Positions 9,215-19,408 of a stretch of DNA of 64,000 nucleotides are shown here, in pieces. Within the stretch, counting starts at the first letter, position 1, and each line of letters starts with the position of its first letter. The notes under the pieces are model-generated. The model was not told where the DNA came from. It saw only the letters and a list, made by a program, of their open reading frames with translations, and ran no database searches. The translations under genes were made by a program, and so were the position numbers. Source of the DNA: a virus; IMG/VR virus record IMGVR_UViG_3300046002_007411, positions 32,001-96,000 of that record. One strand, 5' to 3'.

Positions 9215-10615
9215 ATGGCCAATATCGCAATTCCCAATCTTCCCAGTTTAAGTATTGTAACTGATCCTGATTTACTGATCATTAACTCAGGTGGACTATC
9301 ACGCAAAACAACAGTAAGCAACTTTTTATCCAATGTGCGTGCTGATTTGACTTCCATAAGCGTGAGCTTGAACAACAAAGTCAATGCCACTAATACCACA
9401 GTTATCAACAGCTTGACAGCCAGTGTTATACAGCTTAATCAAAACCTTGTCAGCAACAGTGCAGCACTGGCCCAACAAATTAGTGTGGTAAATGTCAGCT
9501 TGGGTAACTCTTTAACTGCCAGTGTTAATACCTTGAACCAAGCTATTATCAGCAACAGCAGCATATTGGCACAACAAATCAACAGTGTCAATGCATATGT
9601 GTTAGGGGTAGGGGCCGCGGCAGTAAGTGCGCTTAATCAAGCTATTATCAGCAACAGCAGCATATTGGCACAACAAATCAACAGTGTCAATGCATATGTG
9701 TTGGGATATACTGATGCAGCAGTTAGCACACTTAATCAAGCTATTGCCAGCAACAGCAGTGTGCTGGCTCAAAGTATAACCACAGTAAGCACCACTTTGG
9801 GCAGTGTAAGTGGCAGCGTTACGACCTTGAGCACGAGTGTCAACGGGCTTAATAATACCTGGAGCGTGAAACTTGACAGCAATGGCTACATAAGCGGCAT
9901 TACCAGTGTAAACAACGGCAACATTGCCAACATTGTGATTAATGCCGACAACTTTTTTGTCAGCAAGGCAGGTGCAAATGGCAACGTAGCTGCATTTAGT
10001 ATTGATACACTAGCCAATCCACCAACTTTAACGTTCTTGGGAAAAATAAGTGCTGGTAGTATTGAAAGTGGCAGCATAAGCACCGCCAATATTTACATAA
10101 GTGCGAATACCACGCCCAGTGCCAACTATTTTGCTATTGAAGGAACCAATCAAAGACTAACAGTAAGAGATGGCCAGAACCGCGAGCGTATACGTCTGGG
10201 GTACTTGAGTAATAATGCACCAGGCACAGATCCTGGTAACTATGGATTGAACATTTACGACACAACTGGCAATATCATTCTGGGAGCAAATGGACTGGGT
10301 AATGCTGTTGTTTATCCTGCAAACATGCCCTTGGGAACTACCACAGTGGCATATGGCGCGTGGGCAGGTAGCGGAAATGTGGCGCTTAACCCAGACCCTA
10401 CAGTATATCAAATAGCCAGCTTCAATGTTAATGTGCAAGCAAGTGGGGAGGGTGTTCTCATTCTCAGCAGCGGACTTTTCAACAGTTATTTGGCCAATCT
10501 GGTTACACCTACACCTACGCCGCCACCGCCACCTAGCCCACCGCCACCCACACCCGAGCCTCCTTTCATACCGCCGCAGGAATATTATGGCGGTGAAGGT
10601 TCTGGCGGCAACTGA
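9215..10615 (+). CDS. tail fibre / host-specificity protein with coiled-coil repeats and Pro-rich end
   Basis: AIxSNSSxLAQ repeats, WSVKLDSNGYISGI..INADNF (fibre-like), RIRLG..YGLNIYD; TAAATA at 9172-9177. Confidence 0.7.
   Translation: MANIAIPNLPSLSIVTDPDLLIINSGGLSRKTTVSNFLSNVRADLTSISVSLNNKVNATNTTVINSLTASVIQLNQNLVSNSAALAQQISVVNVSLGNSLTASVNTLNQAIISNSSILAQQINSVNAYVLGVGAAAVSALNQAIISNSSILAQQINSVNAYVLGYTDAAVSTLNQAIASNSSVLAQSITTVSTTLGSVSGSVTTLSTSVNGLNNTWSVKLDSNGYISGITSVNNGNIANIVINADNFFVSKAGANGNVAAFSIDTLANPPTLTFLGKISAGSIESGSISTANIYISANTTPSANYFAIEGTNQRLTVRDGQNRERIRLGYLSNNAPGTDPGNYGLNIYDTTGNIILGANGLGNAVVYPANMPLGTTTVAYGAWAGSGNVALNPDPTVYQIASFNVNVQASGEGVLILSSGLFNSYLANLVTPTPTPPPPPSPPPPTPEPPFIPPQEYYGGEGSGGN
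9539..9702 (+). repeat. intragenic direct repeat, 65 bp identical, 99-bp period
   Basis: caagctattatcagc...gcatatgtgtt at 9539-9603 and 9638-9702. Confidence 0.9.
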
Positions 10616-10637
10616 TAGCTAATTTCAAGGATTAAAA

Positions 10638-10862
10638 ATGACAGTTACCCTTACATTACGACGTAGAAATCCTGACAACACAGTGACCAATCTAAGTGTA
10701 TTGACTACAACTAGTTCCACTTTGCTACCTACGTCTTTTACTTTGACAGATTACCCCCCTCAACTGGGAGTTAATTCCTATGAACTCGTAGCCACTAGTG
10801 CCGACAGTGATAGAATTCAATACTACAATGTCAATCTATCAGGATTATGGGTTCGCCGATAA
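10638..10862 (+). CDS. small beta-rich protein, probable fibre-associated
   Basis: AAGGA RBS; beta-strand pattern ending LWVRR. Confidence 0.65.
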   Translation: MTVTLTLRRRNPDNTVTNLSVLTTTSSTLLPTSFTLTDYPPQLGVNSYELVATSADSDRIQYYNVNLSGLWVRR

Positions 10863-10880
10863 AATTCATATAATGTCGGC

Positions 10881-12710
10881 ATGGACATAGAAACTGCATG
10901 GGATTTATACAAGAATAACAACTGGCAATCAGCCTGGGAGATCTGTCAAGATCTAGTAGACAAAAACGCACAGCATGCAGACGCATGGCATATTGGCGGT
11001 GTTTGTTTACGTAACTTAAAACAAACTACCACAGCACAAAAATGGCTGATGCATGCAGTGCAACTATTACCGCAAGCGTGGGAACCTTGGTATAACCTAG
11101 CCTTGGTCTATCAAGACACACAACAATGGCCCAACAGTTTGCAAGCATGCAAGCAAGCTGAACAGTTTTATCAGCAAGACACCCGAATACAAATCTGCAA
11201 ACTTATTAACTTGATTCATCTTGAAGATCTCAACACATGGCAGGATGTCTGGCAGAATATCAAAAATCTTGACACTACATTTGGTTGGGATTTAGTTGCC
11301 AATGCCTGTGAGCAACAACAACACTATGACCTTGCACAACAAGTTTACGATCAGCTTATAATACGCGAACCCCAGCAGGCTCTTTGGTGGAATAATCGCA
11401 GCAGTGTTTGTTATAAACAAAACAACGTTTCTCAAGCTCTGCACGATGCTCTGCAGGCAAATCTTCTGGATCACACTCAGGGCTGGCACAACATGGCTGT
11501 GGCATGGCAAGCAGTAAAAAACCTAGACATGAGCTTGCAATGTTATTCACAAGCGTTGCAACACAATCCTTGTGCTAGTGAAACTTGGAACAATCGCAGT
11601 GTGATTTTCCACGCACAAGGAAAAACCACAGAGGCTATACAAGATGCCAATCGCAGCTTGGAAATTGATCCTCGCAACATAGCAGCTAGAAACAATCGTG
11701 GCACGTATTTTCTTGACATCATGAACTATGTTGCTGCGTTACAAGACTTTCAACAAGCAGCAACTTGGGCACCTGATAATCGCGATGTGGCTTTTAATCA
11801 TAGCATAGCTTTGTTTAAAACCCACAGTTGGCAACAAGCATGGTGTTATTGGGAACATCGGGAGATCCCACAAGTTTTATCACAAGATATTCCTGTGTAT
11901 AACGGGCAACAAATATTAAGCAACAAAAAGATTGCTGTAATACATGAACAAGGTTACGGCGACAGTATTCAGTTTGCTAGATATATCCAATGGCTGAAAA
12001 AGCAAGGTGCGCAAACTCATGTAATAATTCCTCAGCCCTTGCATAGATTATTTCAAGGACTTCCGGGGTGTGATCATATACAAGAACAGCTTCCGGGACC
12101 TGGTGATGTGGATTATCAAGTTGCCATGATGAGTATTCCCCATTGCATGAGCAGCCAATGGGACTTCCAAGCGCAACACAACAGCTATTTTCAATTAGAT
12201 GCGGACAACCTTCTCATGTGGCGGCCTGCCCGTGCAAAAACTCCACGTTTACAAGTGGGGATTGCTTGGCGTGGTAATCCTGATCACAAAAATGCCCGCA
12301 ATAGAAATATTAACTTGCAGTCACTGGAACCACTGTTTCAGTTGCCTTGTGATTTCCATGTGTTACACACCGATACTACCAGTCAGGAGCAAGACATTAT
12401 CGGGAAATATCACAACGTATCTATATTACCTGAACCTATAAAAGATTTCAGTGACACAGCAGCAATAATACACTATTGCGATTTAGTAATCTCAGTGGAT
12501 ACCAGTGTGTTACACTTGTCTGGTGCTTTGGCCAAAAAGTCTTGGGCGTTATTGCCTTACAACAGTTGTTGGCGTTGGGGGCATCACGAGGCTAAAACCT
12601 CCCCGTGGTATTGCGACATGACGCTTTACCGCCAGTCGCAGCCACAGGACTGGACTGGCGTTGTAAAGACAGTTACATGGGACTTACTGACCTTATTAAA
12701 TGGCAGGTAG
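10881..12710 (+). CDS. TPR-repeat protein with C-terminal GT-B glycosyltransferase (GT9-like)
   Basis: Multiple TPRs (AWH, PWYN, TWNN); EQGYGDSIQFARY, GIAWRGNP, DLVISVDTSVLHLSGAL, WRW..SPWY. Confidence 0.85.
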   Translation: MDIETAWDLYKNNNWQSAWEICQDLVDKNAQHADAWHIGGVCLRNLKQTTTAQKWLMHAVQLLPQAWEPWYNLALVYQDTQQWPNSLQACKQAEQFYQQDTRIQICKLINLIHLEDLNTWQDVWQNIKNLDTTFGWDLVANACEQQQHYDLAQQVYDQLIIREPQQALWWNNRSSVCYKQNNVSQALHDALQANLLDHTQGWHNMAVAWQAVKNLDMSLQCYSQALQHNPCASETWNNRSVIFHAQGKTTEAIQDANRSLEIDPRNIAARNNRGTYFLDIMNYVAALQDFQQAATWAPDNRDVAFNHSIALFKTHSWQQAWCYWEHREIPQVLSQDIPVYNGQQILSNKKIAVIHEQGYGDSIQFARYIQWLKKQGAQTHVIIPQPLHRLFQGLPGCDHIQEQLPGPGDVDYQVAMMSIPHCMSSQWDFQAQHNSYFQLDADNLLMWRPARAKTPRLQVGIAWRGNPDHKNARNRNINLQSLEPLFQLPCDFHVLHTDTTSQEQDIIGKYHNVSILPEPIKDFSDTAAIIHYCDLVISVDTSVLHLSGALAKKSWALLPYNSCWRWGHHEAKTSPWYCDMTLYRQSQPQDWTGVVKTVTWDLLTLLNGR

Positions 12711-13796
12711 TTCCTGATAGTTGATTTGATCGCCCATTACGCCCACAATGTAGTTTGTGCTTTCGGATTCTTGCAAAGCTGTTTGCTTTTTATCAGTCTC
12801 CACATGCTTGTTGAACCAAGGAATAGGAGTGGTTTTAGGGCTGGGAGTTGCGTAGCGAATACCAATGTCTTTTAGAGATTGATTGGCTGTGAAGTCCACA
12901 AAATCTTTGAGAATAGCAGCGTTCAACCCAATAACTGGACCTTTCTTAAACAGATAGTCAGCCCAGTCTTTTTCCTCTTGTATGACATCCAAGTAAAGTT
13001 TATAAACTTCTCCTTGGCATTCTTCTCGTGCCTGTGCAAATCTTGCATCTTCTTTCACAAGCTGATTGATTATCCAAGCTGTCCAACCCTTGTGCAGCAG
13101 TTCATCTTGTAGAATCAAACTAATGATGTTGCCATTGCCCATGAAGATTTTGTTTTCCACCATGGCAAGACTTGTGGCAAAACTTACCATAAACCTCAGT
13201 GCTTCCAGCGCATAGCTTGCATGCAGTGCCATCCAAATGGCGCGAATATGTTCTGCTTCGCTAACTGGCAGCCCCAGCTCTTTTTTGCAGTTGAGTAAAT
13301 GTAGATCATCATAATATCCGCCCACACTGCTGGCCATGTCCACGATTTCCTGCGTGTCATGAATGGTATTAAACACATCCTTGGGCACATTGTAGATGTT
13401 TCTAATGATGTGACTGTAGCTTTTGCTGTGTAGATTGGTTTCAAAAAAGCCCCAGTTATACATGATAGCTTCCAGCTCGGGGATACTGCACACTGGCGTA
13501 AACACCTGAGTAGGTGCTCGCCCCTGCAAGCTGTCTAGTGCAGTTTGCCTTAGCAAGTTGCTGGTGAAAATATGCTTGACTGCGTCACTGGCATTTTTGA
13601 AATCTGCTGCGTCTTTTGTAAGATCAATTTCTTCAGGAACCCAAAAGAATCCACGAGCTGTGAGTTCAAAGTCTGCTATGCGCTTGTATTTCACCTCTTC
13701 AAAACGTTGAATAGTTACTGGACCCTGAGGATCCAGAAACATTTTCCTAGACAAATAATCAGTTGTAGTGGAAAGGTTGTATTGCTGTTTGCTCAT
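12696..13796 (-). CDS. nrdB: ribonucleotide reductase class Ia beta subunit
   Basis: FFWVPEE, QTALDSLQGR, ETNLHSKSY (radical Tyr), LEALRF, DELLH; start moved to MSKQ. Confidence 0.96.
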   Translation of the reverse strand: MSKQQYNLSTTTDYLSRKMFLDPQGPVTIQRFEEVKYKRIADFELTARGFFWVPEEIDLTKDAADFKNASDAVKHIFTSNLLRQTALDSLQGRAPTQVFTPVCSIPELEAIMYNWGFFETNLHSKSYSHIIRNIYNVPKDVFNTIHDTQEIVDMASSVGGYYDDLHLLNCKKELGLPVSEAEHIRAIWMALHASYALEALRFMVSFATSLAMVENKIFMGNGNIISLILQDELLHKGWTAWIINQLVKEDARFAQAREECQGEVYKLYLDVIQEEKDWADYLFKKGPVIGLNAAILKDFVDFTANQSLKDIGIRYATPSPKTTPIPWFNKHVETDKKQTALQESESTNYIVGVMGDQINYQELPAI

Positions 13797-13806
13797 GTGT
13801 TTTTCC

Positions 13807-16140
13807 TCAAAGCTTGCATGCGTCACAATCCGAATCATCAATATCTTCAATGTCAGTTGCAAGCGGTTGTTGCTCAGGTTCTTGAGCGGTTTTACTGCCT
13901 TGTTTGTTTACCAAACTGTAATACAAGGACTTCAGCCCCCATTTGTGTGCTAGCATCAAGTTGCGTGCAACAAGTGTGGCAGGTATTTTTCTCTGTGGAT
14001 AATGTGCAGGGTTGTAAAAGGTATTTGTGCTAATGGATTGATCAACATACGCAGCAAGCACAGCAGATGTTTTCAGGTAATCCACGCAATCTTTTTGTTC
14101 CCACATGAGTTGATAACGATTTTTCAAACGTTGATATTCCGGAACAACTTGTGTGAGACTGCTGGCACGACTTTCCTTTGTGGTGATCAAGCTCATGGGC
14201 ATTTCAATGCCGTTTGTGCTGTTAATGGCCACACTGCTGCTTTCCACAGGTGCAATAGCCATTAATGTGGCATTGCGCACGCCATGTTCCAGCATTTGCT
14301 GACGCAGGGGTTCCCAATCTAGTTCAGGTTGAAAATCTGTTAGTTCATTTACACCGGGATTTCTACGTTCCCAGGGAAACACACCTTTACCGTAATATGT
14401 TCTAGAACTGTTTTCGCAACTGCCGCGCTCGCGTGCAAGTTCCACACTGGCTTCTGTCAAATAATAAGCTTGATGTTCCATCCAGCTTTTGACTTCTGCC
14501 AAAGCTTCTGTTGTACCATAGCGGAAGTTTCTCTTGGCATGCCAGTAGGCAAGGTTAGTAACACCAATGCCCAAGGGCTGTATTTCTTTATTGCTTAGTT
14601 CACTTTGCACACTGAGATAGTCTTGATAATCCAAGATGTTACACAGGCTGCGATGCAGGATTCTGCATGCACGGCGCATGTCTTCGGGATTACGGAAACT
14701 GCCCCAGTTCATGCTGCCCAAGGTGCAAAGAGCAATGCGCCCGTTGGCATCGTCGAGACGCTGAAAGCTTTTTGTGGGTAGGAAAATCTCCATGCACAAG
14801 TTGCTTTGATATATAGGATCTACACGAGTATCAAAACTGCCTTGCTTTTGCACATTATCAATATATGCAAGATAAATCCTGCCAGTATCAGTGCGTTCTT
14901 TGAGAATACCGCCACGGAATACTTCATCAGCACTCATTACTTTTTTGCGCAGATCACTGCGTGACTCATATTCCACATAAAGCTTTTCAAACTCATCGCT
15001 GTCACGATAAAATGCTTCATATAGATCAGGCACTTGGTTGGGATCAAAAAATGTGATGTTTTGTTTGTCGCGGAATCTACGCCAAAAGAAAGCACTCAAT
15101 ACCACACCGTAGTCCATGTGACGCACACGAGTTTCTTCAGTGCCTTGATTGTTTTTCAACACAATCAAGTCATCAAACTGATAGTGCCAGATGGGATAAA
15201 AGATAGTTGCGCTGGCGTTGCGTATTCCGCCTTGACTGCATGAACGCAAGTCACCAAACCATTTCTTCAAAAACGGCACAACACCAGTGTGCATGATTTC
15301 GCCACCGCGAATCTCGCTGCCCAGAGGTCGCATGCGTCCCATTTCTAGACCAATGCCTGCACGCTTGCTGGCGTATTTGGCCATCATTTCGCCACTGGCG
15401 AAAATGCTGTCGAGATTGTCGTCGCTGCGAATCAGCACACAACTGCTGAACTGTTTGGTAGGTGTGCCCAAGCCTGCCAGCACAGGTGTTGCTAGTGTGA
15501 ATAGGCCATCGCTTGCGCAATTGTAATATTCGCGAATATATCGCAAGCGTGCATTTTCCGGACCTTCACGATGAAACACCGTGGCGGCTGCAATAATATA
15601 GCGCACTTGTGGTGTTTCGTAAACTTGCCGAGTTGCGCGATTGCGAACTAGATATTTGTCGATAAGTTGTTCGATGGCAGCATAACTGTAGCTTTCATCC
15701 TTGCTGTGATCAAGCATGTCATTCATTTTGTCCCAGTCGTCTTGACTATACCATTCAAGAAGTTCTGGTGTATATAGCCCTAAAGCTACATTTTTCTTGA
15801 CAATGTCCACAAGATGCGGTGGTTCATACCCACCATACACGTCTTTTCTCAGCATGCTGACTCGATGCTTGCCAGCAACATACTGATAGTTCACATGTGC
15901 TAAATCAGGATCTTGCTCTACGTCAATCAAGTTGACTATTGCACGTAATGTGACCTCGTCAATTTCCTTGGTGGTAATCCCATCGTAAAACTGTGGTTGA
16001 GCACGAATTTCAATCATGCTTTGGCTCACATCACTTATCCCACGACAGATTTTGCCAATCTGCGCTTGCCATTTTTCAATTAATAGTGGTTCTCTCTTGC
16101 CGCTTCTTTTAATAACATTTATTTGTTTCATTGACGTCAT
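13807..16140 (-). CDS. nrdA: ribonucleotide reductase class Ia alpha subunit
   Basis: ATP cone VIKRSG, TPVL, QFSSC, SQGGIR, QSNLCME, LMAIAPVESSS, C-terminal CDAC; no intein. Confidence 0.97.
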   Translation of the reverse strand: MTSMKQINVIKRSGKREPLLIEKWQAQIGKICRGISDVSQSMIEIRAQPQFYDGITTKEIDEVTLRAIVNLIDVEQDPDLAHVNYQYVAGKHRVSMLRKDVYGGYEPPHLVDIVKKNVALGLYTPELLEWYSQDDWDKMNDMLDHSKDESYSYAAIEQLIDKYLVRNRATRQVYETPQVRYIIAAATVFHREGPENARLRYIREYYNCASDGLFTLATPVLAGLGTPTKQFSSCVLIRSDDNLDSIFASGEMMAKYASKRAGIGLEMGRMRPLGSEIRGGEIMHTGVVPFLKKWFGDLRSCSQGGIRNASATIFYPIWHYQFDDLIVLKNNQGTEETRVRHMDYGVVLSAFFWRRFRDKQNITFFDPNQVPDLYEAFYRDSDEFEKLYVEYESRSDLRKKVMSADEVFRGGILKERTDTGRIYLAYIDNVQKQGSFDTRVDPIYQSNLCMEIFLPTKSFQRLDDANGRIALCTLGSMNWGSFRNPEDMRRACRILHRSLCNILDYQDYLSVQSELSNKEIQPLGIGVTNLAYWHAKRNFRYGTTEALAEVKSWMEHQAYYLTEASVELARERGSCENSSRTYYGKGVFPWERRNPGVNELTDFQPELDWEPLRQQMLEHGVRNATLMAIAPVESSSVAINSTNGIEMPMSLITTKESRASSLTQVVPEYQRLKNRYQLMWEQKDCVDYLKTSAVLAAYVDQSISTNTFYNPAHYPQRKIPATLVARNLMLAHKWGLKSLYYSLVNKQGSKTAQEPEQQPLATDIEDIDDSDCDACKL

Positions 16141-16212
16141 ATAAGTGATGCCTTTCACAGTAGATTATAGACAGTGGTGCCTTGCTTACGCAAGGCATGT
16201 AAATTCCGATGT

Positions 16213-16710
16213 TTAAACTGGCACAGGTAGGTATTTTTCTAAGTCACAGCGCCAACGATTCTGTAAAATAACATTGTTTCGTGGTAGTTGCCAAGATTTA
16301 ATCTTGCGGTATTCCCATCCTATCAACCATGTGTTTGCAATGCAAACTGCCAGTTGTTCTTGATGCTGCTGTGTGTCACGCAGCAATAAAAGTTCCAAAT
16401 CATGAGGTTGCCAACGTGAGTCTTGGGACAATGCACAGGTATAAAACATACCCAAACTCACGCTGTTCTCATCAAAATCACCTTGATCTAAAAGCTGCCA
16501 GGGATTGGGCCAAGTGCCAAGTTGACTGTAATCTAAAACACGAGGTTTTAGTGGAGCCAAACTCCAAAAATCAACAATCTTTTCCAGCCAATCTTGATCT
16601 GAAAGATCTGGTGTCAACTCTCGACGTAATTTTTTCCAAGATGACAATCTGTGCTCACTTCCTTGCACAAAGTCTACTTGACTCCAGGAAGTGCCGTTAA
16701 CAACTGACAT
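16213..16710 (-). CDS. hypothetical phage protein
   Basis: Co-oriented ORF filling the gap; start moved to MSVV. Confidence 0.7.
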   Translation of the reverse strand: MSVVNGTSWSQVDFVQGSEHRLSSWKKLRRELTPDLSDQDWLEKIVDFWSLAPLKPRVLDYSQLGTWPNPWQLLDQGDFDENSVSLGMFYTCALSQDSRWQPHDLELLLLRDTQQHQEQLAVCIANTWLIGWEYRKIKSWQLPRNNVILQNRWRCDLEKYLPVPV

Positions 16711-16739
16711 GTTTATTTCTCTTGGCAACTGCGGTTGGA

Positions 16740-18113
16740 TTAAGTATTAGGGTGAGATGTAATATTAGTACCAACTATAGTATTAGCCCCTGTAGTAATC
16801 AATCCATCGTTACATATGTTACCCACAAAGTTATTGTAGTCGGCAGTGCCGCTTTCGGTAATATTGGGTGTTATTGCACTTGCACAAGTGTTGCCAGTTA
16901 TTGTGGTATATTTGCCTTTTACATCAATGTCACTTGTTCCATTGGGACTGAATACACAACCAGTAACCGTATTCCAACGACCATCTATATTGGCAGCATA
17001 GGTGTTTAGCGCAACAAAGCAACCAGTAAGTTGTATTCTTTCGCAATCGCTGTCAGTGTGCAAGCCCGGTCCCCAGTATCCACCTGTTCCTGCAAAGGAA
17101 ATGTCAGTGCCTTGGAATCTCCAGTTTGCACAGTTCACCAAATCAACCATGGGATCACTTGTGGGCGTAGGTGTTGTGCCCGAGGGGAATCCACTGGTAA
17201 AGCTGCCGCCAATTACATTTGCCCAGTGAATTTCGTTGGCATAAATGCCTTTTTGACCATTAGATTCACAGTTGATCAACCGTTGTCCTTCACTAGAAGG
17301 TCCCCGTGGAGACTCGCTTTGAATAAGAGTGTATCCATATCCTGTGCCGTTTTGTGCATGACAACTGTTGAAGTTCACGTCACCGCAGGTGTCTATGTAA
17401 TAGGGAGTAGTGCAACTTTGCGCTTGAAGATTGTTCAACCAAATATTTGCAGAAAAACGCAAATGCACAGCTTTGTTTAATAAACCAAATTCGCAATCAG
17501 TTATTCTAATATAAACAACGCGGATGGCAGCATCTGTGCCTGAAATATATACTGCTGTGCCTGCTCCGGGATTCTGACTGATAAACGATAGTTGGCTGAT
17601 GTTTATATTTGTGTTTGTAACTGTAGTTTCTGTGTATGTGAATATATCTTGACCAGAGTCTCTAGCATAAACTTCACTTACACCAGTTCCATCACCCACT
17701 ATAGTGATATTGGGACCAATAGTGATGGCTCCTACCTTATACTGACCTGATGGAAAATACACTGTGGCTCGATCTGCCGCCAAAGCTGCGTTAACCGCTG
17801 CTTGCACAGCACCAGTTGCATCTTGTGCAAAAACACCAGTTGCACCAAAATCTTTTACATTGAAAACGTCAGCAAATCTGTCGGCAAGAACTCTAGCAAA
17901 TGTTGTATTGGTAGCTAAAACATTGACATTGCTTAAAACATCTTGACTAAACTGCGTGATGATTTCAGTGTTGTCTCCAAATCCATCACTGTTGCCTATA
18001 AACAACTGGCGGGTGTCCAAGCACCAACCCAACTCGCCTTCGCTAAGTTGAACGGGTAAATCGCTACGCAAACCTCTACGGTGCTGAATTTGGCTGGTAA
18101 CTACAATAGTCAT
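16740..18113 (-). CDS. tailspike-like protein: N-terminal virion-attachment motif + right-handed beta-helix (pectate-lyase-like)
   Basis: QIQHRRG..LSEGELGWCLDTRQLFIG; NVKDFGATG..DATGAVQAA..VYFPSGQY; Asn/Cys-ladder repeats; TAAATA 18137-18142. Confidence 0.8.
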   Translation of the reverse strand: MTIVVTSQIQHRRGLRSDLPVQLSEGELGWCLDTRQLFIGNSDGFGDNTEIITQFSQDVLSNVNVLATNTTFARVLADRFADVFNVKDFGATGVFAQDATGAVQAAVNAALAADRATVYFPSGQYKVGAITIGPNITIVGDGTGVSEVYARDSGQDIFTYTETTVTNTNINISQLSFISQNPGAGTAVYISGTDAAIRVVYIRITDCEFGLLNKAVHLRFSANIWLNNLQAQSCTTPYYIDTCGDVNFNSCHAQNGTGYGYTLIQSESPRGPSSEGQRLINCESNGQKGIYANEIHWANVIGGSFTSGFPSGTTPTPTSDPMVDLVNCANWRFQGTDISFAGTGGYWGPGLHTDSDCERIQLTGCFVALNTYAANIDGRWNTVTGCVFSPNGTSDIDVKGKYTTITGNTCASAITPNITESGTADYNNFVGNICNDGLITTGANTIVGTNITSHPNT

Positions 18114-18238
18114 GCTAGTGGGATCTCCATGTTGGATATTTATTAAAGGTAGGGCTGTAATGCGCTTACATTTACCACACGTTTGTTAATATCATACACA
18201 TGCTGCGTGGGTTATCCCAAACACATGCATTTTTTTGG

Positions 18239-18266
18239 TTGACATACCGGCTGACTGTGCTATCAT
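18239..18266 (+). promoter_or_regulatory. sigma70-type early promoter
   Basis: TTGACA-N16-TATCAT with TGn extension, 6 nt before ATG 18273. Confidence 0.65.
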
Positions 18267-18272
18267 GGGCAC

Positions 18273-18686
18273 ATGAGCAAGAAACCCCAGGTCAGCGTTG
18301 GTGACGTTGTCACCGTTTTGGTCAAAAATCGCATGCAGGGCATGCTAGTTTGGAGGCCTGCTACTGACGAACTAGAGGGCAAGATCATGTCAAGCCCGGA
18401 CTGGGTCCCTGAGCACAGCTTTTGTATGACTGGCTCGCGATGGGTTCCCATGCGTGTGATCCGTTGGAGCGATGTGGTCAGCATCACGCAGAACGGTCGT
18501 ACTGAAAAGGTAGCCCTATCTGCTGAGGTTACCGCCAAGCCACAGGAATGGCAGATTGCAGGCAGCCGCGGTGCAACCTACACTGTCAGCAAGGTTCGTG
18601 GAAACTGGCGTTGCAATTGCGTGGCAGGACAGTTCAACCGGGCGTGCAAGCATGTAGCACAAGCCCAAAAGCTGGCTGCGGCTTGA
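18273..18686 (+). CDS. SWIM zinc-finger protein
   Basis: GSRGATYTV...WRCNC...ACKH. Confidence 0.8.
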   Translation: MSKKPQVSVGDVVTVLVKNRMQGMLVWRPATDELEGKIMSSPDWVPEHSFCMTGSRWVPMRVIRWSDVVSITQNGRTEKVALSAEVTAKPQEWQIAGSRGATYTVSKVRGNWRCNCVAGQFNRACKHVAQAQKLAAA

Positions 18687-18687
18687 G

Positions 18688-19371
18688 CTAGATCTTGTAA
18701 AATTCAGCCACACGCTGCCACCACAGCTGGCTGATATCGTCAAACTCTTGATCTTTTAGCACCCAACACTGGTGCTCTAGTTGTGGCGTGCACATGACAA
18801 TCACACCTTGACGAATATCCGTGCCAAACATAGCATTGTGACAATGTGCATATGCTACCAGCTGTAGCTTGTAATCAAACACCCGCTCGTTGGTTTTGGG
18901 ACGGTTGCTTTGTTTGAAGTCCACAATGCTGGGCTGGCCAGCCCAATTTCCGCAGCAGTCGGTTGTTCCTGCGTAAAGCTCGGGATAATATAAGTTGGCT
19001 TCCAACCCCCAAACTTCGTTTAGGTTGGGGCGAAGATAGTTTTCTATCAGGGTCTGTGCCATGTCCCAGCCCTGCTTGTGGTAGATGTTTGTGCCGGATT
19101 GTGGATTTAATCCCAGCAGTGTTTTTTCCAGATAGTTGTGCATGATAGTGCCGCGAGTAGCAGCCTCGGTGGTAATAGCTTGTGCTTTCTGAGCACCCAT
19201 GCGTCGTTTCCAAGCAGCAAGTGCTTGTCTAGCTTCTAGAGGCTTGGTAGCCTCTAAAATAGTTGTCACACTGGCAAGTTTATTGCCGTCGGGAGTTAGA
19301 TAACGACGTTGACCTTGGTCATTTGTGCCACGTTCAAGTTTGCTGTAGGAATAGACAGGATTAAGTTGCAT
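18688..19371 (-). CDS. PD-(D/E)XK exonuclease
   Basis: SVTTIL, RGTIMH, E..L, YAGTTD, IVDFKQS, QLVAY. Confidence 0.88.
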   Translation of the reverse strand: MQLNPVYSYSKLERGTNDQGQRRYLTPDGNKLASVTTILEATKPLEARQALAAWKRRMGAQKAQAITTEAATRGTIMHNYLEKTLLGLNPQSGTNIYHKQGWDMAQTLIENYLRPNLNEVWGLEANLYYPELYAGTTDCCGNWAGQPSIVDFKQSNRPKTNERVFDYKLQLVAYAHCHNAMFGTDIRQGVIVMCTPQLEHQCWVLKDQEFDDISQLWWQRVAEFYKI

Positions 19372-19408
19372 AAGCTAGCTTACTACATGCTTTATGAAAA
19401 GTCACACG

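Noticed and set aside
9539-9702. DGR template/variable repeat pair
   Set aside because: Copies are tandem, in frame and identical, with no adenine-specific differences and no reverse transcriptase.
18688-19371. Cas4/CRISPR association of the exonuclease
   Set aside because: No complete four-Cys Fe-S pattern, and no array or cas genes nearby.
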